This document shows positions 9,032 to 19,585 of a DNA stretch of 64,000 bases, one piece after another. Positions within the stretch are counted from its first letter, which is position 1. Every line of letters starts with the position of its first letter. The DNA is from Polyangiaceae bacterium (lineage in GTDB: Bacteria; Myxococcota_A; Polyangia; Polyangiales; Polyangiaceae), in contig JANRKO010000076.1 in NCBI GenBank assembly GCA_033763455.1, forward strand, positions 1 to 64,000, read 5' to 3'. The notes beneath the pieces were generated by a model. That model was given only the letters and a program-made list of their open reading frames with translations. It was not told the origin of the DNA and did not search any database. Made by a program: the position numbers and the translations under genes.

Positions 9032-9648
9032 TGCGCCGGTTACAGCTCCCACTACTTGGTTGCCTGAGCGCGCTTGCTTGCGAACCGCAATGGCACCTTG
9101 TGCAGGTACAATCTGGCCGCCTCCGCGGGGAGTTCGTGCGCTCTTCGCCGTGTGTGGCTACCCCTGCCGCGAAAGCGCCACTTACCACCGGTGTTTATGT
9201 GGGGGAGAATCTGCGCAACGTGGGCGGCGATCGAATCATCCTTCGTTTCCTCGAAAATGGCGAAGTTTGGGCCTTTCTCACCTACACGCCCGGCGAAAAG
9301 GTGCGCTGTGAACCTGTAGATATTAAGCAAGCCGCACAGAGATCCAAGAGCCGCTGGCCGAAGCCCCTCCTCGCCCGCTACTGTGCAGGCGAACGAGAGC
9401 TCGAATTCGAGCTCCGTGGATTTAACCATCGAGAGGCCTCTCCGGTACGATATACGTTCACGGTGAGCGCCGACGCTCAGCAGCTACGCGGAGCTTCTGA
9501 CTACGACGAGAACATTGAGGCTCACTGGGTGGAATTTGAGAGTGTTTGCTTGGCCCCTGGTACTGAAGAGCCCGCCACGGAAAGCCCGTGCGCGCAGGGA
9601 GCGAAAGATCGCTCCCCCACCGCTGCCCACTACTCCTCGACGCGCTGA
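9031..9648 (+). CDS. Hypothetical lipoprotein
   Basis: ATG 9031 overlaps previous TGA; MRRLQLPLLGCLSALAC lipobox; stop codon lies inside dispersed repeat copy A. Confidence 0.55.
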   Translation: MRRLQLPLLGCLSALACEPQWHLVQVQSGRLRGEFVRSSPCVATPAAKAPLTTGVYVGENLRNVGGDRIILRFLENGEVWAFLTYTPGEKVRCEPVDIKQAAQRSKSRWPKPLLARYCAGERELEFELRGFNHREASPVRYTFTVSADAQQLRGASDYDENIEAHWVEFESVCLAPGTEEPATESPCAQGAKDRSPTAAHYSSTR

Positions 9649-9690
9649 GAAAGCACGATGTCAGCTGACGGAGAAGCGGGCGCGTCAGGC
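9606..9690 (+). repeat. Dispersed structured repeat, copy A
   Basis: Core TACTCCTCGACGCGCTGAGAAAGCACGATGTCAGCTGACGGAGAAGCGGGCG is 49/52 identical to copy C and 42/52 to copy B. Confidence 0.85.
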
Positions 9691-9721
9691 GCGTCGGCAC
9701 CCGAAGTGCGGCGATAGTCCG

Positions 9722-9817
9722 GTGGCTCTCATCACGGGCACAAGTAGCGGTTTTGGATTGGGAGCAGTAAACGCCTTGGCGGAAAAAGGCCACAAGGTAT
9801 TCCCAACCATGCGAGAA
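9722..9817 (+). pseudogene. Fragment of SDR oxidoreductase N-terminus
   Basis: VALITGTSSGFGLGAVNALAEKGHKVFPTMRE is a TGxxxGxG Rossmann start; the rest of the SDR is missing and the frame runs into the convergent gene. Confidence 0.7.
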
Positions 9818-9851
9818 CCGTGCAGGGCAACATTGAGCGCACTGCGGAGTT

Positions 9852-10121
9852 TCACAGCGGTTTCAAGTCGCGCTCCGCACGAAACGCAAAGGAATCCTGG
9901 TAATCGACTTCCACTACTGCCCCATTGGTCTCAAAGTAGTACGTTTGCCGAGAGAAGGTTCCCGTGAGTGTCAAGCTGGACTCTCCGATGTACTGAAACC
10001 GCTTAGGAGCGCGCTCTTTTTCGTGTTCAACTCCGCTCGGCTCAGCACGCGCTGCGTCCGGCGCTGGACCGCCTAGTGCTTCACGCTTCCATTGTGCACG
10101 CTTATTCCCGCAACAGCTCAT
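9852..10121 (-). CDS. Small hypothetical protein with N-terminal MSCCG motif (89 aa)
   Basis: ATG at 10121 (MSCCGNKRAQW), 10 nt after DUF1360 stop; last gene of a 3-gene operon. Confidence 0.7.
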   Translation of the reverse strand: MSCCGNKRAQWKREALGGPAPDAARAEPSGVEHEKERAPKRFQYIGESSLTLTGTFSRQTYYFETNGAVVEVDYQDSFAFRAERDLKPL

Positions 10122-10131
10122 GTTCTCGCTT

Positions 10132-10461
10132 TCAAGATGGGCGGTTAAAGGCCTTGAATAACAGGCTCGCGCCTCCAGAAAGCGCCAGCCAAACAACAAT
10201 GCCGGCCTGCCAGCTACTGCTCAAGTAGTACGCGAAGGGAACGGAAACCCAGATGCTAAGACAGTAGAAGCAGTCCAAAAGGTCGCCCCAGACGCTCTGA
10301 CCGAGGAACTTTCGAAAACGGACCACTATGTCGAATGGCCCGTCCTCGGCAGACAAAAGGTGCGTTACTCGCCACACTGCAAGTGTGGCGAGTAGGAACC
10401 CCAGTGGAGAGATCCGTTCTATGGGCTGAACCTTTCCAAGTAGATGCTGTGCCCCTGCCAA
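10132..10461 (-). CDS. DUF1360 family membrane protein (start uncertain)
   Basis: [18 protein letters not shown]...[15 protein letters not shown], the CxxC-W membrane pattern of DUF1360. Confidence 0.75.
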   Translation of the reverse strand: MAGAQHLLGKVQPIERISPLGFLLATLAVWRVTHLLSAEDGPFDIVVRFRKFLGQSVWGDLLDCFYCLSIWVSVPFAYYLSSSWQAGIVVWLALSGGASLLFKAFNRPS

Positions 10462-12728
10462 TATTGACCGCTAAGGCCGGTGTTGTACCCGTTGGTAACG
10501 CGCTTGTAGGCGGTGAGGGTGAACGAAAGAACGGTGAAATACTCCGAACTTTTGACCCAACCACCTTCTGAGGCGGCAGGCTGAAAATCGACCGTTATTA
10601 GCCCCGCGTCACTGAACTCCGCGAGCGTTCCGGTGTATCCGGGGCAGGCATTGTGAACGTTGATGGGAACGTGGGTTGCGGCACTTCCTGCCGAGAGCGT
10701 TGAAGCACCTGAGATCGTATCTGTGAGAGGCGGCGTCGGGGAATTCACCTTCAGGGCTAACATGGGTGCTGGGCAGCGGCCCATGGTGAGCGCGTAGGAG
10801 TCTACGAAGCCTTCCGGGTCATTGGCTTTGAACGAGAGCTGCATGGGCGTGTTCATCTGCGCCTCGGTCAGTCGGTAGAGGCCACACCCTGAATTGAGAA
10901 TCGACGGATCGGCGAAAGAGGGCCCGAGCAGTTGGAACGCTAACGGGCGATTGTGAATGTAGAGAGGGATGAGATCCGTCGCATTGGGGACAGGATTGCC
11001 GGCGGCGTCGTAGCCATCAATCCTCACGTAGAAGGTTCCCGGAGTTACCACCCCGGAAATGAGATCATAAAGACCGGTATTTAATTGCATGAAACGATCA
11101 AAGTTCGAAAATTCCCAATCCACCCCGTCAGCGAAGATTTCCCGCTGGATATTCTTGTAGGCGGCCACATTGGTGGCCGCGAGGCCGTCCACGTGCAGCG
11201 GGGTGATGAACGGCCCCACGTCGTCACCGATGTAATTGGGCAGGTTTCGTTTCGAGAACTTGGGGTGCTTGTAATTCTGGCTGACGAACGTCCAATTGGA
11301 AGTTCCTTGGCGTCGAATGCGAATAGTGTACCACTTGATAAGATTCTGATCAGCTGGCTTGGCGGAATCGTACATGCAACCTCGCATATCGATGACTCCA
11401 CCCCAGGCCGCGCATTCTACGTTGAAGAGGGCAAGCGAGCTCCCAACAGAAATCTTTCCGTTCGCCTCCAGATGATTGCCGTAGCCATAGCGGCGCAACG
11501 CAAGCGTGGTGGTCGATGCCGACGTATTTTGGTTACCACCGATAAAGACATTGCCTAGGCTGCCCAGGAGGTTGCCATTGAAGCAGGCTGCTGTTGCCGG
11601 GACGCTGGATTTGGGAAGGCACAGATTGATGCGCTTGAGATTTGGAACGTTGTAGTACGGGGCACTTTCATACAGCACCTCATAAGGCGCAAATCCGGTT
11701 ACTTTGACGATAATATCCGGGTAGGCCACCACATTGATGTCTTCCCCGGGGGCAATGTCCATCGAGTCTGAAATGCCAGGGAAAGTCATGTCGAACTTGA
11801 AACGGAAGATGTAGTTGCCAAATACATCGGTGATAGTGTCACCAAAAAGTTGGCGATTCCCCGTCCCTGTGTACGCACCTCCAGCTAGCTCTGCAGCGGT
11901 TCGATCGTACTCTTCGAAGGAGAGGGTAATATTGTCAGCCGGCTCAGTGGAACAACCCGCCAAGAGGCCATCGATCACGGAGGCCACGGCAATGTTGTCT
12001 GCTCGCTGCAGCGGGCCACCGGCTCTTTCGGCGGTAATGGCTGAGCGAAGTTGCGGAGCTTGAACCGTTTTTAACAACGAAAAGTTGTTGACGGAGAGCT
12101 CCTCTGTTTCCTTGCTGCGAGCTTCACCGGCCGAGACTCTCTGGAACACTTGGGCCATCTTGGGTTGAGTGGCCTCTGATGAGAGATCGAGAACCACGGG
12201 CTTGAAGGGGCCCGGATCTGGAGGGTTAGGGATGGGAAAGGGCACCCGCTCCGGATACAAACTCTCTATCAGGTCGCGCAGTTTTGCATTCTTCAATGCG
12301 TCGGACAGGCCAGCCGCAGTATCGATGACGAAGGGAAACCTCCGGCAGGGGTTAAAGATGCAACGACCGCTGTAGAGCGTTACGTTTCCGTACAGGATGA
12401 AATCGTTGATGGTGGCCGGTGTGGAGCACGTGAGCACCAGGTCGTTAAAATCGTCGTCGCCCGCGTCCTCAGAGCCTATCTCGAATACGTAGTTGCTCCC
12501 CACCTTGTGAGGAAATTTGATCTGAGCTTTGGAGAGCCGAAATCCGGTGCCAGGGTTGTTTTGCACCGCAATCGACCACTGGCTCCCTGTCACGTGAGCC
12601 GTGACTCCCACCGTGCCTGAATACGTTCCGTTTCCCGTGGCAGCACCGCTCACAATAAAGCGCTGATCGAACGAAGCGTTCTTAGATTTGACTGTGATTG
12701 TCCAATTTCCCTGCATGGAGATGATCAT
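10419..12728 (-). CDS. 769-aa protein with N-terminal LecB/PA-IIL-like lectin domain and uncharacterised beta-rich C-terminus
   Basis: ATG 12728 with [24 protein letters not shown] matches LecB GSEDGTDNDYNDAVV; no signal peptide. Confidence 0.7.
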   Translation of the reverse strand: MIISMQGNWTITVKSKNASFDQRFIVSGAATGNGTYSGTVGVTAHVTGSQWSIAVQNNPGTGFRLSKAQIKFPHKVGSNYVFEIGSEDAGDDDFNDLVLTCSTPATINDFILYGNVTLYSGRCIFNPCRRFPFVIDTAAGLSDALKNAKLRDLIESLYPERVPFPIPNPPDPGPFKPVVLDLSSEATQPKMAQVFQRVSAGEARSKETEELSVNNFSLLKTVQAPQLRSAITAERAGGPLQRADNIAVASVIDGLLAGCSTEPADNITLSFEEYDRTAAELAGGAYTGTGNRQLFGDTITDVFGNYIFRFKFDMTFPGISDSMDIAPGEDINVVAYPDIIVKVTGFAPYEVLYESAPYYNVPNLKRINLCLPKSSVPATAACFNGNLLGSLGNVFIGGNQNTSASTTTLALRRYGYGNHLEANGKISVGSSLALFNVECAAWGGVIDMRGCMYDSAKPADQNLIKWYTIRIRRQGTSNWTFVSQNYKHPKFSKRNLPNYIGDDVGPFITPLHVDGLAATNVAAYKNIQREIFADGVDWEFSNFDRFMQLNTGLYDLISGVVTPGTFYVRIDGYDAAGNPVPNATDLIPLYIHNRPLAFQLLGPSFADPSILNSGCGLYRLTEAQMNTPMQLSFKANDPEGFVDSYALTMGRCPAPMLALKVNSPTPPLTDTISGASTLSAGSAATHVPINVHNACPGYTGTLAEFSDAGLITVDFQPAASEGGWVKSSEYFTVLSFTLTAYKRVTNGYNTGLSGQYWQGHSIYLERFSP

Positions 12729-13096
12729 GGTAAATCCTCTGGGTAATGCAGCGCAGCGACCTTCGAGCCCGTTTGCTCGTCGTTCGTGCAGCACAGCGCT
12801 CAGTAACAAGCGGGCGGAAGACAATCTATAGGTAATAAGTTGACGTTGCGCGCATCCGGGCGTTCGGTCGGCGGCGGGGCTAACAACCCACGATGCTTGC
12901 ACCTGGGCACACCCGGATGCATTCGCTCCGTCAATCCTTCGAAAAGCAAGACCCAACTTAACGCCGCTTGGTTACCCGACAACTTGCACCGGAAGCGTTG
13001 CCCTGAATTGACGAAGCCGGAACTGCTCTGGTGGGCTTGCTCGGTTTGCGACGCCACCGTTAATCGGCGTGGCGCAGCCCGCATTCAAGCTGGCTC

Positions 13097-14662
13097 TCAG
13101 TGCCGACGGCTGAGAGGATCCGCATCTGGCGCGGGTGTAGAGCTAAGAGCCCGCGCCTTCGCTTTCGGCTTCAGCCCTGGCTTTGCGGAGGGCAGAGGAA
13201 CTGCATCGAGTGTGGCACTTGGTTGTGGAAGGCCGATGAGAGGGCTCCCATCGGATTCGGTAGCGCGCGGATCCCGGATCGGTTGTTGACGGGAATGTTT
13301 CTCCGCTTTCGGAGCATTGGAGTTAACTTGGGCGGGCGCCGGGGACGACAGCGAACTACTCGGCCGTGTTCTTTGCCAAATAATGGCAGCCATCGCGCCA
13401 GCCAGGATCACTCCCAACACGAAGCCCCACATCAGGTGACGTCGACTGCCGGGGGCTGGATATTCGGCCACAACGTCCACGCCTCGCACCGGCCACACGT
13501 GGGCAAGTGCCAAGTCCGACTTAGCAACCTCGGTTGCCGAAATGAGTTCGGGCACGTTGCTTTTTGGCCAGGGGTGCTGATTCAGATCTTCTGAGGTTGG
13601 CTCGGGAGCTCGCGAGGGCTCCTCAATAGTGCGTTGCGAAGCGCTCGACACGTTTCGCCCAACTCGAAATGTCCCAGATTGGCTGTGGGCCGAGATTTCG
13701 CGAAGCAAGGCAGCGCGTTCCTTCAGCGTTTGCCCTGCTACGCTTTCGACCCAGAGCCCAACGTCCTTAGGCCGCGCAGGCTGTACGGCCTCCTCAAGGG
13801 CGACCGCAAACTCCTCGGCGGTTGCGAACCTGCGATTCGGATCTCTTTCCAGGGACTTCGCTACGACGGCATCGAGCGCCCCTGAGATATGTGGAACAAT
13901 CATCGAGGGTTTGCGGATTGGCATATTCAATACGCGATACAACATGGTTGCTGCATCGCTTTGGTTGCCGAAAACATGACGCCGGGTCAGCACGCGAAAC
14001 AGTGTTATCCCCATCGCAAAAATGTCCGAGCGCCGGTCAACCTTTTTGCCTCGCACTTGCTCGGGCGACATGTAACGAAATTTGCCCTTGAGCTGCTGCC
14101 CATCGGTGGAAAAAATTAAACCCTGAGCTTTGGCTATCCCAAAATCTAAAACGGCAGAACGCCCATCCGTGTCCACAACGATGTTTTCCGGGGAAATATC
14201 TCGATGGACGATGCCCAACGCTTGCCCGCTTTCGTCGGTAGCCTCGTGCGCCGCATGCAAGCCTCTAAGTGCGTTTGAAATAATGGCAATCCCGATGGGC
14301 TCGGGTACCCACTCGGTCGAGTGTCGAGCGGCCTTGAGCAGGTGCGCGAGCGTTTCCCCGTGAACGTACTCCATGACCAGTAGGAGTTCATTCGTATCGC
14401 GAACAACGTCGTACGTTTGCACTACGTTGGGGTGGTGAATATGCGATGCGAGGCGAGCCTCATTTACGAATTGCTGTACGAAGCTTTCGTCGCTCGCGTA
14501 TTGGGGATGTAGCCGCTTTACGGCAACCGTTCTTTGAAACCCCGCTTCCCCGATAAGGCGTGCAAATTGCACGACAGCCATGCCGCCGGATGCGATTTCG
14601 CCGTAAAGCGCGTAGCGACCCACAACTTGAGGGGCTAATAGCTGGCTCTCTGGTGCTGACAT
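13097..14662 (-). CDS. Membrane-bound Ser/Thr protein kinase (Hanks type)
   Basis: IASGGMA, VAVK, HRDISPEN, DFG, YMSPEQ, SDIFAMG; one TM helix and Pro-rich extracellular tail. Confidence 0.93.
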   Translation of the reverse strand: MSAPESQLLAPQVVGRYALYGEIASGGMAVVQFARLIGEAGFQRTVAVKRLHPQYASDESFVQQFVNEARLASHIHHPNVVQTYDVVRDTNELLLVMEYVHGETLAHLLKAARHSTEWVPEPIGIAIISNALRGLHAAHEATDESGQALGIVHRDISPENIVVDTDGRSAVLDFGIAKAQGLIFSTDGQQLKGKFRYMSPEQVRGKKVDRRSDIFAMGITLFRVLTRRHVFGNQSDAATMLYRVLNMPIRKPSMIVPHISGALDAVVAKSLERDPNRRFATAEEFAVALEEAVQPARPKDVGLWVESVAGQTLKERAALLREISAHSQSGTFRVGRNVSSASQRTIEEPSRAPEPTSEDLNQHPWPKSNVPELISATEVAKSDLALAHVWPVRGVDVVAEYPAPGSRRHLMWGFVLGVILAGAMAAIIWQRTRPSSSLSSPAPAQVNSNAPKAEKHSRQQPIRDPRATESDGSPLIGLPQPSATLDAVPLPSAKPGLKPKAKARALSSTPAPDADPLSRRH

Positions 14663-14673
14663 CGGCCAAACCC

Positions 14674-16242
14674 TCAGCTCCCCTTTACGCAAATGTTCTT
14701 GTCATTGCAGCGGCGCCCATTCTTGCAGCTTCCACAGCTGAGCATGCCGCCACAGCCATTCGATACGTTTCCGCACTGCGCGCCGAGCTGATCACAGAGC
14801 TTGGGTGTGCAACCACATTGATTGGGGAGCGGCCCGCCGCCGCACGTTTTGGGGGCTGTGCAGGTTCCGCAGAGCAGCGTTTTTCCGCATCCGTCAGCGA
14901 CAGAGCCGCATTTAGCTCCGAGCTCAGCACACGTCTTGGGAGTGCAGGGGGCAACCCCGCACTTATTGGGCCCGCCGCCTCCGCAGGTTTGCTCGGGGGC
15001 GCACTTGCCGCAATCTAGCATCTTGCCGCAACCATCCTGGATTTCACCGCAGGTAGCGTTCAGCTCAGCGCACGTTTTAGCTGTACAGACGCAGCGGTTT
15101 TGAGTGCACGCGGAGTCCCCTGAACACGTTCCACAGTCCAGTACCCCACCGCAACCATCGTCCCCTAGGCCGCACTGAGCACCAAGCTCAGAACACGTCT
15201 TCGGCTTGCATCCGCAGGTGTTAACCTCTCCCATGCCGCCACAGGTTGTAGGCGCTGCACAAGCCCCACAATTGAGGGTGCCACCGCACCCATCGGCTAC
15301 GGTGCCGCAACTGGCGCCGGCGGCGGCGCACGTCTTGGGAGTGCACCCGCATTTTCCGGCAACTCCAGCGCCCCCGCAGGATTCGGGGGCAGTGCAGCTA
15401 CCGCACTTGAGAATGGCACCGCACCCGTCAGTCGCCTCACCGCAACTCACCCCGAGCTCAGCACAGGTTTTGGGGGTGCAGGTTCCCGTTCCACATTGAT
15501 TAGGGCCGCCTGCACCGCACGTCTTGCCCTGCTCGCAAGCCCCGCAATCCAGGTGGACGCCACAGCTATCCACGATTTCGCCGCAACTCGCCCCCAATTC
15601 GGCACATGACTTTCTGCTGCAGCCACATTGATTGGCAACGCCCCCGCCACCACATTGTAGCGGGGATGGGCACGCCCCACACTGCAGGGTGCGCCCGCAG
15701 CCATCGTTGATTTCGCCGCAAGTGGCGCCGAGCTCCGCGCAGGTTTTTGGTGTACATCCGCACTGATCCCGCACAGGCCCACCTCCGCAGGTTTCCGGGA
15801 GTGTGCAGGTTCCACAGTTTATCGTGTTGCCGCAACCGTCAGAAACATCTCCGCAGGTGGCCTTAAGATCGGCACATGTTCTCGGCACGCACGGCACAAC
15901 CCCGCACATGTTGGGTCCACCACCGCCACAAAACATGCCTGAAGGGCAGGCGCCACAGTCCAAAATGCCTCCGCAGCCATCGCCAACGCGCCCGCAAGTG
16001 GCCTGCAAGAGCGAGCAGGTTGCCGGTTGGCACGCTTCTGGGCCACCGGATGGGCGCGGGGGACTTTCGGCTTCGGCGCTTGCACCGCCCGCCGCTTCGT
16101 GAAACTCCGAGAAATCATACTTGCCGGTGAACGTGCAAGCGTGGAGCAGTGGGGAGGCCGCAAGGGTTATGAAGAGGGCTAAAATGAAGGCTTTGACGGC
16201 GATGCCCCCAGGCGAGCGCACTCGCCTAGAATTGTGTTTCAT
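14674..16242 (-). CDS. Cys-rich repeat lipoprotein (10 repeats of about 43 aa)
   Basis: Lipobox LHAC; repeats CxPKTCAELGAxCGxxxDGCGxxLxCGxC typical of myxobacterial surface proteins. Confidence 0.85.
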   Translation of the reverse strand: MKHNSRRVRSPGGIAVKAFILALFITLAASPLLHACTFTGKYDFSEFHEAAGGASAEAESPPRPSGGPEACQPATCSLLQATCGRVGDGCGGILDCGACPSGMFCGGGGPNMCGVVPCVPRTCADLKATCGDVSDGCGNTINCGTCTLPETCGGGPVRDQCGCTPKTCAELGATCGEINDGCGRTLQCGACPSPLQCGGGGVANQCGCSRKSCAELGASCGEIVDSCGVHLDCGACEQGKTCGAGGPNQCGTGTCTPKTCAELGVSCGEATDGCGAILKCGSCTAPESCGGAGVAGKCGCTPKTCAAAGASCGTVADGCGGTLNCGACAAPTTCGGMGEVNTCGCKPKTCSELGAQCGLGDDGCGGVLDCGTCSGDSACTQNRCVCTAKTCAELNATCGEIQDGCGKMLDCGKCAPEQTCGGGGPNKCGVAPCTPKTCAELGAKCGSVADGCGKTLLCGTCTAPKTCGGGPLPNQCGCTPKLCDQLGAQCGNVSNGCGGMLSCGSCKNGRRCNDKNICVKGS

Positions 16243-17266
16243 AATCCACCCCGAGTGTCTCCTTGGTCAGCGTAATCGCTAGTGCAGGCACGCGCTCCTC
16301 TGGCTCGTCGCTCGCCACTGAGGTTAACCAATAGATGCCTCCGGTAAGGCCGAGCGCGGCTACGCCGAATGACACGGTGTTGACCGGAAGCAGCGTCCTT
16401 GTGCGTTTCACGGCGTCGAAGCCCTTGCTCGAGCACAATTTGCTCACGGAGTCACACTCACGTTCTACGGTGCTGCGATCCCTTTCTAAGAGGAATGTCG
16501 TCGCCACTGCGGCCCCAAGCCCAGCCCCGCCAACCCCTACGGTAACCCAGGGCCAGAGCGTAGAAGCGCGCGGGGCGCGGGTGTCCTCCTTGGTAAGCCC
16601 AGGGTGCTTTTGGGATACTTTCTGTCGAACACCGACATTCAGGCTCAGTGTTTCGGAACTGCCTTCCTTCGCCGTGATACTGTATTCGCGCGTATCGTAG
16701 CCGGGTGCTTGAACTCGGATCGTGTGTGGACCGGGATCGACTGGGATGGGTAAATTCATTCCCGCGTGGCCCAATTCCATCCCGTTCCTCGATACCTTCA
16801 CCCCTTTTGGCACCCCGCGTTCGAGGCGTAACGTTAGGTACGGCAGGCGAGGCAAGAGAAGATTGAGCTCACGGGTTGCAAAAGAGATGCGCGAGTCGCC
16901 GGGCGGCAGAATTTCTAGGGCCTCGCGCCAGAGGCTCCAAGCGCTCGCTAGGCGCCCGCGTTTTGACTCGCAGGCGGCAAGGTTGAGCAGTGTTCCAGTG
17001 GCTCGTTCAAGCTTGAGGCTATCCTGAAATTTCTCGCAAGCGGCATCTAGCTGTCCAGCAGCTAGGTCCGAACGGGCCGCTGAAAAAAGAGCCTCGGCGG
17101 CAGCTGCCTTAGAACCTGGAGTTGCGTCTTTGGCGAGGCAAACTCGCGGAAACACGAGACCTCCGACACTCACAAGGAGGATACCGAGTGCACACACCCA
17201 TCCATGAATCGCCCGCGCGGGCCTACGCGAATCTTGGAGATGAGAGAGCTCAAAGTTCACTCGCAT
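16226..17266 (-). CDS. TPR + PEGA domain protein
   Basis: AEALFSAAR..ACEKFQDS..GTLLNLAACE TPR, then PEGA-like VDPGPHTIRVQAPGY and C-terminal hydrophobic hairpin. Confidence 0.8.
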   Translation of the reverse strand: MRVNFELSHLQDSRRPARAIHGWVCALGILLVSVGGLVFPRVCLAKDATPGSKAAAAEALFSAARSDLAAGQLDAACEKFQDSLKLERATGTLLNLAACESKRGRLASAWSLWREALEILPPGDSRISFATRELNLLLPRLPYLTLRLERGVPKGVKVSRNGMELGHAGMNLPIPVDPGPHTIRVQAPGYDTREYSITAKEGSSETLSLNVGVRQKVSQKHPGLTKEDTRAPRASTLWPWVTVGVGGAGLGAAVATTFLLERDRSTVERECDSVSKLCSSKGFDAVKRTRTLLPVNTVSFGVAALGLTGGIYWLTSVASDEPEERVPALAITLTKETLGVDYETQF

Positions 17267-17314
17267 GATACGGATCCTTCCTAATTGAGCGGCGACTTAC
17301 GTGGAGGCTTAAGG

Positions 17315-17731
17315 TCAGAGGGGCGAATCAGTCGGCCTACCAGGCAAGAGGGCGCTGAGCATCGGAATGGCGTCCACGCGCTGCCACGTGCTCATTCCGG
17401 GACGCCACAACAGAGTCTCCGCAACTATGTGAGTTTGTTCGATGGCTGCTCTCAAATCGGGAAGGGTCATTTCCGCGTCGCGCTCTTTAAGACAGACGAC
17501 CCAATAGCTGGACTCAGACTCTGGGGGATTTACCGCCGAGACTGAATCCAGCGTCCCTCGCGTGAGCGCAACGGGTGCCTTCGCGGAGACCCGACCATCG
17601 ACCGCAATAGAAGCGTTGCAGTACTTGCACCGCGCCGTCGCCATGCGCCCCTTCACAAAGCGCTGGTACATTGCCTCAGGGATCTTGAAGCGCTTCCTGC
17701 ACGAATTGCAGCGTACGATTTGAGATGTCAT
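17315..17731 (-). CDS. Zinc-ribbon + GYF_2 (DUF4339) domain protein
   Basis: CNSC...CKYC zinc ribbon; TLLWRPGMSTWQRVDAIPML GYF_2 motif. Confidence 0.75.
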   Translation of the reverse strand: MTSQIVRCNSCRKRFKIPEAMYQRFVKGRMATARCKYCNASIAVDGRVSAKAPVALTRGTLDSVSAVNPPESESSYWVVCLKERDAEMTLPDLRAAIEQTHIVAETLLWRPGMSTWQRVDAIPMLSALLPGRPTDSPL

Positions 17732-17865
17732 GAACCACCACCCGCTCCGCTCGGCCAACTGGCCCACCACGACGGAACTCTCTTCATGAGAGGTGTTACG
17801 GTCGCGACCTCACGGTTCGAGAGGGAAAAAAACTTTTGACCCAAAAGAGCTCAACCGATGACTCT

Positions 17866-17930
17866 TACCTCTCGACGCACTGAGAAAGCACGATGTCGAC
17901 CGACGAAGAAGCAGCCAAGTCGGCCTTCTT
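17866..17930 (+). repeat. Dispersed structured repeat, copy B
   Basis: TACCTCTCGACGCACTGAGAAAGCACGATGTCGACCGACGAAGAAGCAGCCAAGTCGGCCTT. Confidence 0.8.
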
Positions 17931-18174
17931 TCAAGGCACGCCCAGAGAGCCCTCCATGCGTCAGTAGCCGTGGCGTTGCGCTCTCGGGGCATGACTGTTT
18001 CCACTCAACGATAGGTACTTTGCATGCTAAGCACCTCTCATTCCAAGAAACACCGCGCGCTGGAAGCCGAACGTGGGGTTGCCCCACGGAAACCGGACAC
18101 GTTAACTCGCTAACCTTTGCCCGCGCCCGTTTCAGCTCCGACGCTGGTAAAGCTTGGGGGAACTTGAACAGCGC

Positions 18175-19584
18175 TCAGGCGATGAACAGCTCCGCAAGTT
18201 TTCCGGTATTGCTTTCCGGTTTCCCAAACCTATCCATCGCAACTCCGAGCTTCGGAGCAACCGTCGCCCAGAAATCGTTCGTCGTGTGCCCGCTGTACTG
18301 AAGGCAACGGCCACCCTCATTTCCCAATGCCTGGCCGCCGATCATCAGCAGGGGAATATTGCGTGAATCATGCTGCGCGTTGAGGCCATCTCCCGTGATG
18401 GCTACTTCGCTGAAAAACACAATGAGCGTGTTATCAAGTAGCGTTCCGCCGCCTATGTCAGGTGTATTCGCCAAGCTTTGCACGAACCCGACCAGATGAT
18501 CCAAGTACCATCCGGTGATGAGGCGCATGTCGAGATTTTTTCCCTGATAGTCCACGTGCGTCACTTCGTGGACGTTCCCGCTCTGGCTTACGTTGGGCAG
18601 ATAGGATTGCTTCATATCGACCCAGTTGTGCCCGCTCGAAAACATGAAAGTTCCGACGCGGGTAAGATCCAATGCAAACCCAGCCTTCAAGATTGAAAAG
18701 AAGGAATTGATGATCTTTTCATGGTCCTCGGTGCTGTTCAGCATCAGATTCTGCATGGTCGCAGGATCTGGCAACACCACGCCGCTCGTATTCTGAGTAA
18801 CTAAGAGGCGCTGCTCCAGCTCGCGTAACCCCTGCAGGTGTGCATCGAGCTTCTGTTTCTCGTAGGCAGGGGCTCTCGCAATCATGCTGTTAATGCTCGC
18901 ATCCACAAAGTCGAGGACGCTTTTGTTCTGCGCGAGCTTGGCTGAAGCGGCCTGGGCGTCCCCGGGTGGGGAAGGAGCCGCGGCGACCCCCGAGAACAGC
19001 GACCGATACGCCTCATACGGGCTATTCTGCGGTTGGATGGGCTGCAGATTGTGATCGAATGAAATGATGTGAATACGGGTGCGTTCGCTTTCGCCGGTCG
19101 TATGAGCGGAAAGGGTCACCGAAGGAACAAGCTGCCCGGCTTTAAGAGTTGGTGAATCCTTCGCGAGGATTTGATCGACACTCGGGGAGAAGCTCCCTTC
19201 GGTATCCGATGGATCCACATCTCCAGACATGAAATGGATCTGAGAGGCGACGTGCGGATCGCCACCCGGCCGATCGATCCCGATCCCGTTCAGGATGGTG
19301 GTGTAATGTCTAATCGCCTCAAGTGGAGAGGAAGAGAGACCGTATTGGAACGCTTTGGCGTCGCCAGAAGCTTGCTGAACATTCCGCCCCCCCGTCGGCA
19401 CCCATTCGGGAAGCCACGTACAGTTGGGCATATCGATAACCAGTAGACGCTGCGGAGCTGCTGCCTGTGCGCGGCTCAAACGGGGATCCAGCAGGCGTGC
19501 CAAGGGCCAACCGAGGCCGGCGCCAGCCAAACCGCGAAGCAGGCTCCTTCGGGTGGATTCTAGGCGAGGATTCCTTCGTTGCAT
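18175..19584 (-). CDS. DUF1552 family protein, Tat-exported (copy 1)
   Basis: TRRSLLRG Tat signal; PNC..W.P, SVDQILA, SVLDFV, KLDAHLQGLRELE, TRVGT, HEVTH, TLLDNTLIVFFSE. Confidence 0.88.
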   Translation of the reverse strand: MQRRNPRLESTRRSLLRGLAGAGLGWPLARLLDPRLSRAQAAAPQRLLVIDMPNCTWLPEWVPTGGRNVQQASGDAKAFQYGLSSSPLEAIRHYTTILNGIGIDRPGGDPHVASQIHFMSGDVDPSDTEGSFSPSVDQILAKDSPTLKAGQLVPSVTLSAHTTGESERTRIHIISFDHNLQPIQPQNSPYEAYRSLFSGVAAAPSPPGDAQAASAKLAQNKSVLDFVDASINSMIARAPAYEKQKLDAHLQGLRELEQRLLVTQNTSGVVLPDPATMQNLMLNSTEDHEKIINSFFSILKAGFALDLTRVGTFMFSSGHNWVDMKQSYLPNVSQSGNVHEVTHVDYQGKNLDMRLITGWYLDHLVGFVQSLANTPDIGGGTLLDNTLIVFFSEVAITGDGLNAQHDSRNIPLLMIGGQALGNEGGRCLQYSGHTTNDFWATVAPKLGVAMDRFGKPESNTGKLAELFIA

Positions 19585-19585
19585 C

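Noticed and set aside
14674..16030. DNA-level repeat array in the Cys-rich gene
   Set aside because: Repeats are degenerate at synonymous positions and fully explained by protein repeats
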